Of a DNA stretch of 64,000 bases, positions 18,121 through 27,679 are shown one piece after another. The notes under the pieces are model-generated. The model did not search any database. It saw nothing but the letters and a program-made list of their open reading frames with translations, and was not told the origin of the DNA. The position numbers and the translations under genes were made by a program. Numbering within the stretch: the first letter of the stretch is position 1; each line of letters opens with the position of its first letter. Source of the stretch: Bifidobacteriaceae bacterium (GTDB taxonomy: Bacteria > Actinomycetota > Actinomycetes > Actinomycetales > WQXJ01); contig JAITJZ010000062.1 in assembly GCA_031278655.1 (NCBI GenBank), forward strand, positions 82 through 64,081, read 5' to 3'.

Positions 18121-18141
18121 CCGCCGGCAGGCGGCCGGCGG
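18121..18141 (-). terminator. GC hairpin immediately after the E2 stop
   Basis: ccgccggc (18121-18128) pairs perfectly with gccggcgg (18134-18141) across a 5-nt loop. There is no U-tract, which is common in actinobacteria. Confidence 0.4.
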
Positions 18142-19764
18142 TTAGAGCCCGAGTTCGGCCTCGAAGCCGGTGGCTTCGAGGCGCTGTTTGATGGCGGCCA
18201 GGAACTTGGCCGCGTCCGATGGCGTGATCAGCCGCGAGTCGTAGGACAGGGCCAGGTAGGAGGTCGACCGCACGGCGATGCCCTCGCCGACCACCACCGG
18301 GCGGCGGGTGACGGCGCCCACGGACAGCACCGCCGCCTGCGGCGGCTCGATGATCGGGAAGTCCAGCATCAGGTCGGGTCCGGCCGGCGCGGTCAGGGTG
18401 AAGGTGCCGGCCGCCAGGTCGCTCGGGGCCAGCGCGCTGGACGCCGCCCTGGCCTTGACCCCGGCGATGGCCCGCGCCATGCCCACCAGCCCCAACGATC
18501 CGGCGTCATTGACGACCGGCACCAGCGGCCCGGACGGCGTGAAGACGGTCACGCCCAGGTTCTCCTGGGCGTAATAGGTCACGTCCCCGTCCACGATGGC
18601 GGCGTTGAAGACCGGGTTGGCCTTCAGCGCCTCGACGGTGGCGCGGGCGAAGAACGGGTCGGCGGTCAGTTCGACGCCCTCGCGCTCGAGGAAGCGCCGC
18701 CCGCCGCGGGCGATCAGCCGGACCACTTCGGTGACGTCGACCTCGGCCACGGATGTCAGCTGCGTCGGTTGGTAGACCTCGTGCAGTTGGCGCTCGATGG
18801 CGCGCAGGCGCGGCAGCCGCTCCAGTTCCGCCGCCGAGGCCGCCTGGGTGGGCGGTTCCGGCGGCGCCGCGGCCGCCAGCACGTCTTCGCGCCGGATGCG
18901 CCCGCCAACGCCGCTGCCTTGGACGCCGGCCAGGTCGACGCCGACTTCGTGGGCCAGTTTGCGCACCAGCGGGGTGATGTAGGGCGCGGTGTCCGATGCC
19001 GTCTGGCCGCTCCCAGCGGCCGTCTCGGCGGCGGTCGGGGCGGCGGTCGGGGCGGCGGCCGGAGCGGCGGCCGGGGTGGGCGGTTCCGCGGTGGCGGTCG
19101 GGGCGGGCGGTTCCGGAGCGGCGGGCGGTTCCGGGGCGGCGGCCGGGGCGGGCCACGGGCCTGGGGCCGGCGCTGGCGCGGGCTCTGGCGCGGGCTCTGG
19201 CGCGGCCGACTCGGCGGCGGGCCCGGGCCACGGGCTCGGCTCAGGCTCAGCTTGAGGCTCAGGCGCCGAGGCCTGGGCCTGGCTGGGCGCGGGCTCCGAC
19301 CAGGCGATCGGCATGGGCTCAGGCTGAGGCTCAGGCTGAGCCGCCCGGCTCGGGGCCGGCTCGGGCTCAGGCGGTTCGAAGGCCAGCCGCGACGAGGGCG
19401 CCGCGTGCGCCGGGGCGTAGGCGCTCGGCTGCACGGCTGGGGCCGGCTGCGCGGCTGGGAACGGCTGCGCGGCTGGGACTGGGGCGACGGCATCGGGCAA
19501 CGGTGGGCTCGACGGCGCCTCCCCGGGCTCGCCAACGACAGCCAACGGCGCCCCGACCTCAACCACCGCGTCCTCGGCGGCCAAAATCTCCAGCAGGACC
19601 CCGCCGAAGGGCGACGGGATCTCGGTGTCAACCTTGTCGGTGGAAATCTCCACCAGCGGCTCGTCGACGGCCACCGGGTCGCCGACCTTCTTCAGCCACT
19701 GGGTGACGGTGCCCTCGGTGACGGACTCGCCCAGGGCTGGCATGGGGACCTGCTGAGACATCAT
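18142..19764 (-). CDS. sucB: 2-oxoacid dehydrogenase E2 (dihydrolipoyllysine acyltransferase homologue) with a degenerate catalytic motif
   Basis: Has a lipoyl domain (LVEISTDKVDTEIPSP), a roughly 190-aa Pro/Ala linker, a PSBD (YITPLVRKLAHEVGVDLAGVQGSGVGGRIRREDV) and a catalytic-domain fold ending ..FLAAIKQRLEATGFEAELGL. However, DHRxxDG is replaced by DSRLITPSD. Start at ATGATG 19764 with GGAG upstream. Confidence 0.85.
   Translation of the reverse strand: MMSQQVPMPALGESVTEGTVTQWLKKVGDPVAVDEPLVEISTDKVDTEIPSPFGGVLLEILAAEDAVVEVGAPLAVVGEPGEAPSSPPLPDAVAPVPAAQPFPAAQPAPAVQPSAYAPAHAAPSSRLAFEPPEPEPAPSRAAQPEPQPEPMPIAWSEPAPSQAQASAPEPQAEPEPSPWPGPAAESAAPEPAPEPAPAPAPGPWPAPAAAPEPPAAPEPPAPTATAEPPTPAAAPAAAPTAAPTAAETAAGSGQTASDTAPYITPLVRKLAHEVGVDLAGVQGSGVGGRIRREDVLAAAAPPEPPTQAASAAELERLPRLRAIERQLHEVYQPTQLTSVAEVDVTEVVRLIARGGRRFLEREGVELTADPFFARATVEALKANPVFNAAIVDGDVTYYAQENLGVTVFTPSGPLVPVVNDAGSLGLVGMARAIAGVKARAASSALAPSDLAAGTFTLTAPAGPDLMLDFPIIEPPQAAVLSVGAVTRRPVVVGEGIAVRSTSYLALSYDSRLITPSDAAKFLAAIKQRLEATGFEAELGL
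19029..19076. repeat. 12-bp tandem repeats (cggcggtcgggg x2, cggcggccggag, cggcggccgggg) within the E2 linker
   Basis: Read directly from the sequence. They encode AAPAAAPTAAPTAA-type linker units. Further 12-bp units (ctggcgcgggct x2) lie at 19173-19196. Confidence 0.85.
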
Positions 19765-19800
19765 TGCTCCGATTCTGTTGGTCTGGGTCTTCGCCGCCGC

Positions 19801-19828
19801 GGCGGTCAAGCGTGGGCGGTCAAGCGTG
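19801..19828. repeat. 14-bp perfect tandem duplication ggcggtcaagcgtg x2 that includes the lpd stop codon
   Basis: Read directly from the sequence. The lpd stop (tca, 19820-19822) is in copy 2, and copy 1 carries the same tca at 19806-19808, in the lpd-sucB spacer. Confidence 0.9.
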
Positions 19829-21199
19829 GGCATGGAGTGGTTTGCCGGCCAAGGCCAGGAAGGCTTCGCCGATGGCCTCGTCCTGGGTGGGGTGGGCGTG
19901 GACCAATTCGGCCACGTCCTCAGGGTAGGCCTCCCAGTTGACGATCAGTTGGGCTTCGCCGACCAGTTCGCCGATGCGCCGGCCGAGCATGTGGACGCCC
20001 AGCACCGGCCCGCCCGCCAGGCGCACCAGTTTGACGAAGCCCTGCGCGCCCAAGACCTGGCTCTTGCCGTTGCCGGCCAGGTTGTATTCGACGGTCTCGA
20101 TGGCGTCCTCGCCGTGCTCGGCCTTGGCGGCGGCCTCGGTCAGGCCGACGGAGGCGATCTCCGGGTCGCAGTAGGTCACGCGCGGGATGCCGGACTCGAT
20201 CAGCGGGGCCGGGCTCAGCCCGGCGAGGCGCTCGGCCACAGCTATCCCCTGGGCGAAGCCCCGATGGGCCAGTTGCAGCCCGGGCACAATGTCCCCGACC
20301 GCCCAAACCCCGGGCAGATTGGTGCGCAGCTGAGGGTCGGTCGGCACAAAGCCGCGGTCCATCGCCAGGCCGACGCGCTCGAGCCCGGCGCCCCCGGTGT
20401 TGGGGCCGCGCCCGACCGCCACCAGCAGCACGTCGCCGCTGAGCTGCTCGCCGTTCTCGAGCCGGACCGAGACCTGGTGGTCCTCTTGCCAGACCTCGGC
20501 CACCTTGACGCCCAGTTTGTAGCCGATGCCGCGCTTCCTGAATGAGCGCTCCAGCAGTTTCGAGACGGCCAAGTCCTCGTTCGGGGCCAGATGGTCCAGC
20601 GCCTCGACCACTGTCGGCTTGGCCCCGAAGGACGCCCACAGCGAGGCGAACTCCAGGCCGATCACCCCGCCGCCCAACACCAACGGGTTGGTCGGCGCCC
20701 AATCCAGCTCAAGGGCCTGGTCCGAGGTCATGACCCGGCGCCCAATCGTCACGCCGGGCAGCGAGCGCGGGCTCGAGCCCGTGGCCAGGACCAGCTGGCG
20801 GCCCTCGATCACTTGGTCGCCGACTTTCACCTGGGTGGCCGAGACGACCTCGCCCCGGCCTTCGACCAGGCGCACGCCCCGGCCCGAGACCAGGCCCAGC
20901 AGTCCCTTGTGGAGGCGGTCGATGACGCCGTTCTTGAAGGCGTTGACGCCGTTCATGTCGATCCCGCCGAGGGCCGAATGGACGCCGTATTTGGCCGATT
21001 CCCGAATCTGGTCGGCGACCTCGGCCGAGTGCAGCATGGCCTTGGTCGGGATGCAGCCGCGGTGCAGACAGGTCCCGCCGACTTTGTCGGCCTCGACCAG
21101 GGCCACGTCCAGGCCCAGTTGGGCCGCGCGCAGGGCGGCGGCGTAGCCGCCGCTCCCCGCGCCCAAGATGACGACGTCGTGAACGGCTGGTTCGGCCAC
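19820..21199 (-). CDS. lpd: dihydrolipoyl dehydrogenase (E3)
   Basis: Has VVILGAGSGGYAAA, the redox disulfide GGTCLHRGCIPTK and the C-terminal HAHPT His-Glu motif. Start taken at GTG 21199 (VAEPAVHD), with GAGGAAGG upstream. Confidence 0.9.
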   Translation of the reverse strand: MAEPAVHDVVILGAGSGGYAAALRAAQLGLDVALVEADKVGGTCLHRGCIPTKAMLHSAEVADQIRESAKYGVHSALGGIDMNGVNAFKNGVIDRLHKGLLGLVSGRGVRLVEGRGEVVSATQVKVGDQVIEGRQLVLATGSSPRSLPGVTIGRRVMTSDQALELDWAPTNPLVLGGGVIGLEFASLWASFGAKPTVVEALDHLAPNEDLAVSKLLERSFRKRGIGYKLGVKVAEVWQEDHQVSVRLENGEQLSGDVLLVAVGRGPNTGGAGLERVGLAMDRGFVPTDPQLRTNLPGVWAVGDIVPGLQLAHRGFAQGIAVAERLAGLSPAPLIESGIPRVTYCDPEIASVGLTEAAAKAEHGEDAIETVEYNLAGNGKSQVLGAQGFVKLVRLAGGPVLGVHMLGRRIGELVGEAQLIVNWEAYPEDVAELVHAHPTQDEAIGEAFLALAGKPLHAHA

Positions 21200-21358
21200 T
21201 GCTGGCCCCTTCCTCGGATCATGCGGTCGGTTGGGACCAGCCCGCCTCGGGGCTGAAGTCCTAGACCAATTTTGACACGGATTCTCCCCCCACCCGTCCG
21301 CGCCCCCGGCCGGCCGCCGGGCGGCGGCGCCAGGGGGCGGTCCATTAGGCTGGCGGGT

Positions 21359-21766
21359 GTGAGTTGGCGGCCATTCGGCAAGCGCAAGCGCCCTGGGGCG
21401 CCCGCGGGCGGCGACGCCAAGCGCGAGACGCTTGAGCACCTTCGCGGCTTCGCCGCCACGCGGGTCGGGGTCGAGGCCTACATCGAGCCGCCCAACGCGC
21501 AGATTCAGACCACGCTGCTGCTGGTCGCCACGACCGGCGAGTGGACCAGGCGCAAGGTGCCGGACGCGGCCACCGGCCGATCAATCGCCGTCGCGCTCGG
21601 CATCCCGGTCTATGACGTCAACTTCACCGGCTACCCGCAGCGCATGCGCGATTGGACGGCGGCCCAGCGGGCCGCCCAGCGCCAAGCGCAGCGTTCGCGC
21701 CCCTCCGGGGCGCCGGGCCAATCCTGGACGCCGGGCCCCTCCGGGGCGCCGGGCCAATCCGGGGCG

Positions 21767-21793
<27 letters not shown>
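21359..21793 (+). CDS. conserved hypothetical protein
   Basis: The body reads LEHLRGFAATRVGVEAYIEPPNAQIQTTLLLVATTGEWTRRKVPD...IPVYDVNFTGYPQRMRDW. GTG 21359 lies 7 nt after TAGGCT (21346-21351). The tail is low-complexity. No function is assignable. Confidence 0.5.
21700..21760. repeat. 36-bp-period duplication (25-nt core cccctccggggcgccgggccaatcc x2)
   Basis: The two copies are at 21700-21724 and 21736-21760. They encode PSGAPGQSWTPG / PSGAPGQSGASG in the + gene and lie just outside the stop (21767) of the convergent pepA. Confidence 0.9.
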
Positions 21794-23245
<1,452 letters not shown>

Positions 23246-23251
23246 CTGGCA

Positions 23252-23270
23252 ATGTTAGGGCAGGTAACCT
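23252..23270. promoter_or_regulatory. back-to-back -10 hexamers for divergent, probably leaderless, pepA and pyrD
   Basis: On the minus strand TAACAT (23257-23252) is followed by 6 nt and GTG 23245. On the plus strand TAACCT (23265-23270) is followed by 8 nt and GTG 23279. Confidence 0.45.
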
Positions 23271-23278
23271 GGGGAACC

Positions 23279-24496
23279 GTGTATCGGGCGCTTTTCAACC
23301 TTTTCTTCCGGCGGCTGTCGCCGGAGCGGGCGCACGGCCTGGCGCTGGCGCTGATCGCGGCCATGGGCGAGTTCGGGCCCGGCCGGGCATTGGCCCGGGC
23401 CTGCTTCCGGGTTGGGCGCGTGGGTTGGCCCACGCTCCCGGCGGGCGGCGGGGAGCGGCCGGGCCGGCTAGACCCGGCGGCATCGTCCGATGACGACCGG
23501 GCGGGCCAGGCGGTCCCGGCGGGCGGCGGGGAGCGAACGGACCCGGCCGGCCGCCAACTGACGGGCCGGGCCGGCCGCCAACTGTTCGGGCGCGACCTGC
23601 CCGGTCCGCTCGGCCTGGCGGCCGGTTTCGACAAGGACGCCAAGGCGGTCAAGGGCCTGGCGGCCCTCGGGTTCAGCTTTGTCGAGGTCGGCACGGTGAC
23701 GCGCTTCCCGCAGCCGGGCAATCCGCGCCCGCGGCTGTGGCGGCTGATCGACCAGCGGGCCCTGCGCAACGCCATGGGCTTCAACAACGCCGGCTCGACG
23801 GCGGTGGCCCGGACCCTGCGGCGGCTGCGGGCCTCGGCCGGCGGCGGCGACCTGGTGGTGGGCGTGAACATCGGCAAATCAAAGGTGACCGATCCGTCCG
23901 AGGCGGCCGGGGACTACTTCGTGTCCGCCCGCAGGCTCGCCAAATACGCCGATTACCTGGTGGTGAACGTGTCCTCGCCGAACACCCCGGGCCTGCGGGA
24001 CCTGCAAGCGGTGGCCGCCCTCAGACCGATCCTCCAAGCCGCCCGCGCCGGGGCGGATCAGTCCCTGGCCCGGGCGGGGCGCCCGGGCCGGACGCCGCTG
24101 CTGGTCAAGATCGCGCCGGACCTGTCTGACGCGGACGTGGACGCCGTGGCGGCCCTGGTCGAGGAACTGGACCTGGACGGCATCGTGGCGGTCAACACGA
24201 CTGTGGCGCATGACCTGGGGGCGGGCGGGCTGTCCGGCCCGCCGCTGCGCCAGCGCGGCCTGGAGGTGGTGCGCCGCCTGCGCGGCCAACTCGGGGCCGG
24301 CCGCACGGTCATGGGCGTGGGCGGGATCGCCAGCGCCGCCGACATCGCGGACTACCTGGCCGCCGGCGCCGACGCGGTCCAGGCCTACACGGCTTTCATC
24401 TACCAGGGGCCGGCCTGGCCGGCGCGCGTCCAACGGGCCCCGGCCCGCGGCCGGGCGGCGCCAGGCGCCCTCAGGAAGGGTATTCGCCCCTCTTGA
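23279..24496 (+). CDS. pyrD: dihydroorotate dehydrogenase (quinone), class 2, with a ~50-aa repeat-built insertion
   Basis: Opens [19 protein letters not shown] (class-2 N-terminus) and contains [18 protein letters not shown] and [15 protein letters not shown]. An alternative ATG lies at 23252. The 775-aa track ORF is an antisense-of-pepA extension. Confidence 0.85.
   Translation: MYRALFNLFFRRLSPERAHGLALALIAAMGEFGPGRALARACFRVGRVGWPTLPAGGGERPGRLDPAASSDDDRAGQAVPAGGGERTDPAGRQLTGRAGRQLFGRDLPGPLGLAAGFDKDAKAVKGLAALGFSFVEVGTVTRFPQPGNPRPRLWRLIDQRALRNAMGFNNAGSTAVARTLRRLRASAGGGDLVVGVNIGKSKVTDPSEAAGDYFVSARRLAKYADYLVVNVSSPNTPGLRDLQAVAALRPILQAARAGADQSLARAGRPGRTPLLVKIAPDLSDADVDAVAALVEELDLDGIVAVNTTVAHDLGAGGLSGPPLRQRGLEVVRRLRGQLGAGRTVMGVGGIASAADIADYLAAGADAVQAYTAFIYQGPAWPARVQRAPARGRAAPGALRKGIRPS
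23436..23584. repeat. nested direct repeats inside pyrD (22-nt core at 78-bp period; 16-nt core at 24-bp period)
   Basis: tcccggcgggcggcggggagcg occurs at 23436-23457 and 23514-23535. ggccggccgccaactg occurs at 23545-23560 and 23569-23584. All periods preserve the frame. Confidence 0.9.
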
Positions 24497-25091
24497 CCTG
24501 CGGGTTTGGCATGCGGCTGCGACGCATTTGGAGGGAGCGGTTGATTCCGTACCAGACCGAGCCGCGCGGCAGGCGATCCTCGCCGAACTTCGCCACCAGC
24601 GCCTTTTTCAGTTTGCGGCCCCGGATGATGGCGTCTATCACCACCGCGATCAGGACCACGTAAAGAGACAGCATGACCACCGACGCCACCACTGGCGCCA
24701 ATTGGATCAGGAAGAACAGCAAGATCAGCGACCCCAGCGCCAAGAAGACGATGTACTCCCCGAGCGAGCGGCGCGAGTCGATGTAATCGCGGGTCCACCG
24801 CTTGACCGGGCCCTTGTCGCGCGCCGGCAGATAACGCTCGTCGCCGTTCTTCATGGCCAGGTCCCAGCGCTCGCGGGCCTTGGCCCGCTCGGCCTTCTGC
24901 TGCTCCTTGGTCAGATTCGCCTTCGGGCGCCCACCCGCGCCGCCCAAGGGTCGCTTGTGGGCCGCCTCGGCCTGTTTGCGCGTCGGAGTCGGCCGGCCCT
25001 TGCCGTCCGATTTGGCGGCCGGGGAGGCTTGGGTTTTGGCGGTGGCCTTGTTGGGCGTCTTGGCGACAGTTTTGTCAGGCTTCAATGGCAC
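24471..25091 (-). CDS. DUF3043 domain-containing membrane protein
   Basis: Has a Lys/Ala-rich N-terminus, [38 protein letters not shown] and two C-terminal transmembrane helices. GTG start at 25091. Confidence 0.75.
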   Translation of the reverse strand: MPLKPDKTVAKTPNKATAKTQASPAAKSDGKGRPTPTRKQAEAAHKRPLGGAGGRPKANLTKEQQKAERAKARERWDLAMKNGDERYLPARDKGPVKRWTRDYIDSRRSLGEYIVFLALGSLILLFFLIQLAPVVASVVMLSLYVVLIAVVIDAIIRGRKLKKALVAKFGEDRLPRGSVWYGINRSLQMRRSRMPNPQVKRGEYPS

Positions 25092-25098
25092 GCCGTCA

Positions 25099-25116
25099 AG
25101 TCTATGGCGTTACGGT
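25099..25116. promoter_or_regulatory. back-to-back -10 hexamers for the DUF3043 gene and the M20 peptidase gene
   Basis: On the minus strand TAGACT (25104-25099) is followed by 7 nt and GTG 25091. On the plus strand TACGGT (25111-25116) is followed by 7 nt and ATG 25124. Confidence 0.4.
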
Positions 25117-25123
25117 TGGAGGC

Positions 25124-26506
25124 ATGGTTAGCACGCCCCAGCCCCGGGTCGACCCCGCCGCCATCGCCGCGCGCGTCGACGCCCAGTTCCCCGACACCGT
25201 CCGCGTCCTTCAGCGATTGGTGGCCGTGCCCTCGCACGCCGCCCCGTCCGCCCCGCCCGGCGCGCTGCGGCGCTCCGCCGAACTGGTCGCGGACCTGCTG
25301 CGCGGCCTGGGCGCGGACAGCGTGGAGATCGTTTCCGCTGGTGGCGGGCCCGGCGTCATCGGACAGTTGTGGGTGTCCGATGACGCGCCGACGGTCCTCC
25401 TCTACGCCCACCACGACGTCCAGCCGGTCGCGGACGACTGGTCGACCGACCCGTGGACGCCGGTCGTCAGGGACGGCCGGCTGTACGGGCGGGGCGCGGC
25501 TGACGACGGCGCCGGGGTGGCGACGCACGTCGGGGCGCTGGCGGCGCTGGGCGGCGACCTGGGCGTGAACGTGCGCCTCTTCATCGAGGGGGAGGAGGAG
25601 TCCGGCTCGCCGACCTTCGGACGGCTGTTGCGCCAGCACCGGGACCGTTTGGCCGCCGATGTCGTGGTTGTGGCGGACAGCGACAATCCGGCTGTGGACG
25701 TGCCCGGGTTGACAGCCTCGCTGCGCGGGGTGGCCGACCTGACCGTGACCCTCAGGGTGTTAGGGCACGCCGTCCATTCGGGCAGTTTCGGGGGACCCGT
25801 GCTGGACGCGCCGACGGTGCTGGCGCGGCTGATCGCCACCCTCCACGACGCCTCCGGGGCGGTGGCCGTGGCCGGCCTGGGGCCGACCGGGCGCAGCGGC
25901 GTGACGCTGGCCGAGGACGCCTTTCGGCGTGCCGCCGGGCTGGTCGACGGCCTGGTCCTGGCCGGGCGCGGGCCGCTGGCGGATCGGCTCTGGTGGAGCC
26001 CGGCCATCAGCCTGATCGGCTTCGACGCCACCGGCGTGGACGAGGCCTCGAACACCATTCAGCCGCTGGCGCGGGCGCGGCTGTCGCTGCGGGTGGCGCC
26101 GGGCGTGGACGCGTCCGCCGCCCTGGCGGCGCTGAAACGGCATTTGGCCGAGCGGGTCGAGTTCGGCGCCGAGTTGACCATTGAGGATGGCGCCTGCGCC
26201 GATGGCTTCGTGGCCGACCGGTCGGGTCCGGCCTACGCCGCGGCGGAGCGCGCCCTGGCGGAGGCCTTCGGCTCGCCGGTCGTTTTCCAGGGGCAGGGCG
26301 GGTCGATCCCCCTGGCTCTGGAGATTTCCGAGGTCTTTCCCGAGGCCGAGATTCTGTTGACCGGCGTCGAGGACCCCGATTCGCGGGCCCATTCCGGTGA
26401 CGAGTCGGTGTCGTTGCCGATGCTCCGCCGCGCGGTTCTGGGCGAGGCGCTGCTGCTGGCGTATTTGCCGGAGTTCTTGGGCGCCGGGCGGGGCGCCGCG
26501 AAATGA
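25124..26506 (+). CDS. M20-family dipeptidase
   Basis: Contains LLYAHHDVQPV and FIEGEEESGS. Start taken at MVSTPQP (ATG 25124) because of the -10 spacing. The track start is 25085. Confidence 0.8.
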   Translation: MVSTPQPRVDPAAIAARVDAQFPDTVRVLQRLVAVPSHAAPSAPPGALRRSAELVADLLRGLGADSVEIVSAGGGPGVIGQLWVSDDAPTVLLYAHHDVQPVADDWSTDPWTPVVRDGRLYGRGAADDGAGVATHVGALAALGGDLGVNVRLFIEGEEESGSPTFGRLLRQHRDRLAADVVVVADSDNPAVDVPGLTASLRGVADLTVTLRVLGHAVHSGSFGGPVLDAPTVLARLIATLHDASGAVAVAGLGPTGRSGVTLAEDAFRRAAGLVDGLVLAGRGPLADRLWWSPAISLIGFDATGVDEASNTIQPLARARLSLRVAPGVDASAALAALKRHLAERVEFGAELTIEDGACADGFVADRSGPAYAAAERALAEAFGSPVVFQGQGGSIPLALEISEVFPEAEILLTGVEDPDSRAHSGDESVSLPMLRRAVLGEALLLAYLPEFLGAGRGAAK

Positions 26507-27216
26507 TCCTGGGGGAGCTGAACGCGCTCATCCAGGGCGAGGGTCCGCCGGTGGTGCTGCTGCACGGCAATTCCGAGGATTGCTCGGTCTTCGAACGCAT
26601 GACGCCGTATCTTGACGGCTTCAAGCTGATCGCGCTGGATTCGCGCGGGCACGGCGCGACGCCCATGGGCGACGCGCCCATGACCATCCCCCAGTTGGGG
26701 ATCGACTGCTTCCGGGCGCTGGCCGATTACCGCCGCCGCTTCCACTACGACGGCCGCTTCGGGCTGATCGGGTTCTCAGACGGCGCCAACATTGGCCTGG
26801 AACTGGCCATCCACCGCCCCGACTTGTTGGCGGCCGAGGTCTTGATCGGCGGCAACACCACCCAATCCGCCCTCAAACCGATGACGAACGCGCTGGTCAC
26901 CGCGGGTTATTGGGCAATGCGCGCGGTCGGGCTGGTGTCCGCGGCCGCCCGGCGGCGGGCGGCGGTCTGGGGCTTGATGATCGGGCAGCCGAACCACACC
27001 GACGAGCTGCTGCGATCAGTGTCGGTGCCGACCCTGATAATGGTCGGCGCCCGCGACATCGTCCCGCGCCGCGAATCGCGGCGGACCGCCCGCCTGATCC
27101 CCGGCGCCGAATGGGTGGAGATCGCCGGGCAGAACCACTACCTGCCCTCTCGCGCTCCCCGCGAGGTCGGCCACTTGGCCGCCGAGTTCTTGGCGCGGCA
27201 CTTGCGGGCGAGGTAA
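26503..27216 (+). CDS. alpha/beta hydrolase
   Basis: Contains PPVVLLHGNSED and a GFSDGAN nucleophile elbow. Its ATG overlaps the upstream stop (ATGA). Confidence 0.75.
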   Translation: MILGELNALIQGEGPPVVLLHGNSEDCSVFERMTPYLDGFKLIALDSRGHGATPMGDAPMTIPQLGIDCFRALADYRRRFHYDGRFGLIGFSDGANIGLELAIHRPDLLAAEVLIGGNTTQSALKPMTNALVTAGYWAMRAVGLVSAAARRRAAVWGLMIGQPNHTDELLRSVSVPTLIMVGARDIVPRRESRRTARLIPGAEWVEIAGQNHYLPSRAPREVGHLAAEFLARHLRAR

Positions 27217-27291
27217 GGTGGGCCTCAGCGTTTTGAGTCAGCTTTGATTGGTTGGCGCGCCGAAGGGCGCGGCCCAGGAACGGAGAACCAG

Positions 27292-27642
27292 ATGACGATC
27301 GCCGCCACGGACAAGACCCACGGCGTCAAATTGACCCCGGCCGCCGCCGTCAAGGTCAAGGAACTGCTGGACCGCGAGGGCAAGCCGGAGCTGCGTCTGC
27401 GCTTGGCGGTCGAGCCCGGCGGCTGCGCCGGCATGCAGTATGACCTCGGCTTTGACGACTCGTCGCTGGAGGGCGACGCCATCGTCCTGTTCGACGGCGT
27501 GCCGCTGGTGGTGGACCAACTGTCCGCCCCGATGGTGGACGGCGCCGTCATCGACTTCGAGGATTCCATCTCGTCGCAAGGCTTCTCCATCGACAACCCC
27601 AACGCCAGCCAGGGCTGCGCCTGCGGCAAATCGTTCTGCTGA
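27292..27642 (+). CDS. erpA: iron-sulfur cluster insertion protein (HesB/ErpA/IscA family)
   Basis: Contains VKLTPAAAVKVKELL, GGCAGMQY and the C-terminal GCACGKSF. ATG 27292 has GGAG upstream. Confidence 0.85.
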   Translation: MTIAATDKTHGVKLTPAAAVKVKELLDREGKPELRLRLAVEPGGCAGMQYDLGFDDSSLEGDAIVLFDGVPLVVDQLSAPMVDGAVIDFEDSISSQGFSIDNPNASQGCACGKSFC

Positions 27643-27679
27643 GCCTCCCGGCGCCGAGGCCGGCCCCGGCGCCCGGCGG

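Noticed and set aside
17239-19941. A 900-aa plus-strand ORF, the longest unassigned ORF in the track.
   Set aside because: It is entirely antisense to the OYE reductase, E2 and lpd genes, all of which have strong motifs. Its translation is Arg/Gly/Pro low-complexity typical of GC-rich antisense frames, and it has no recognisable domain.
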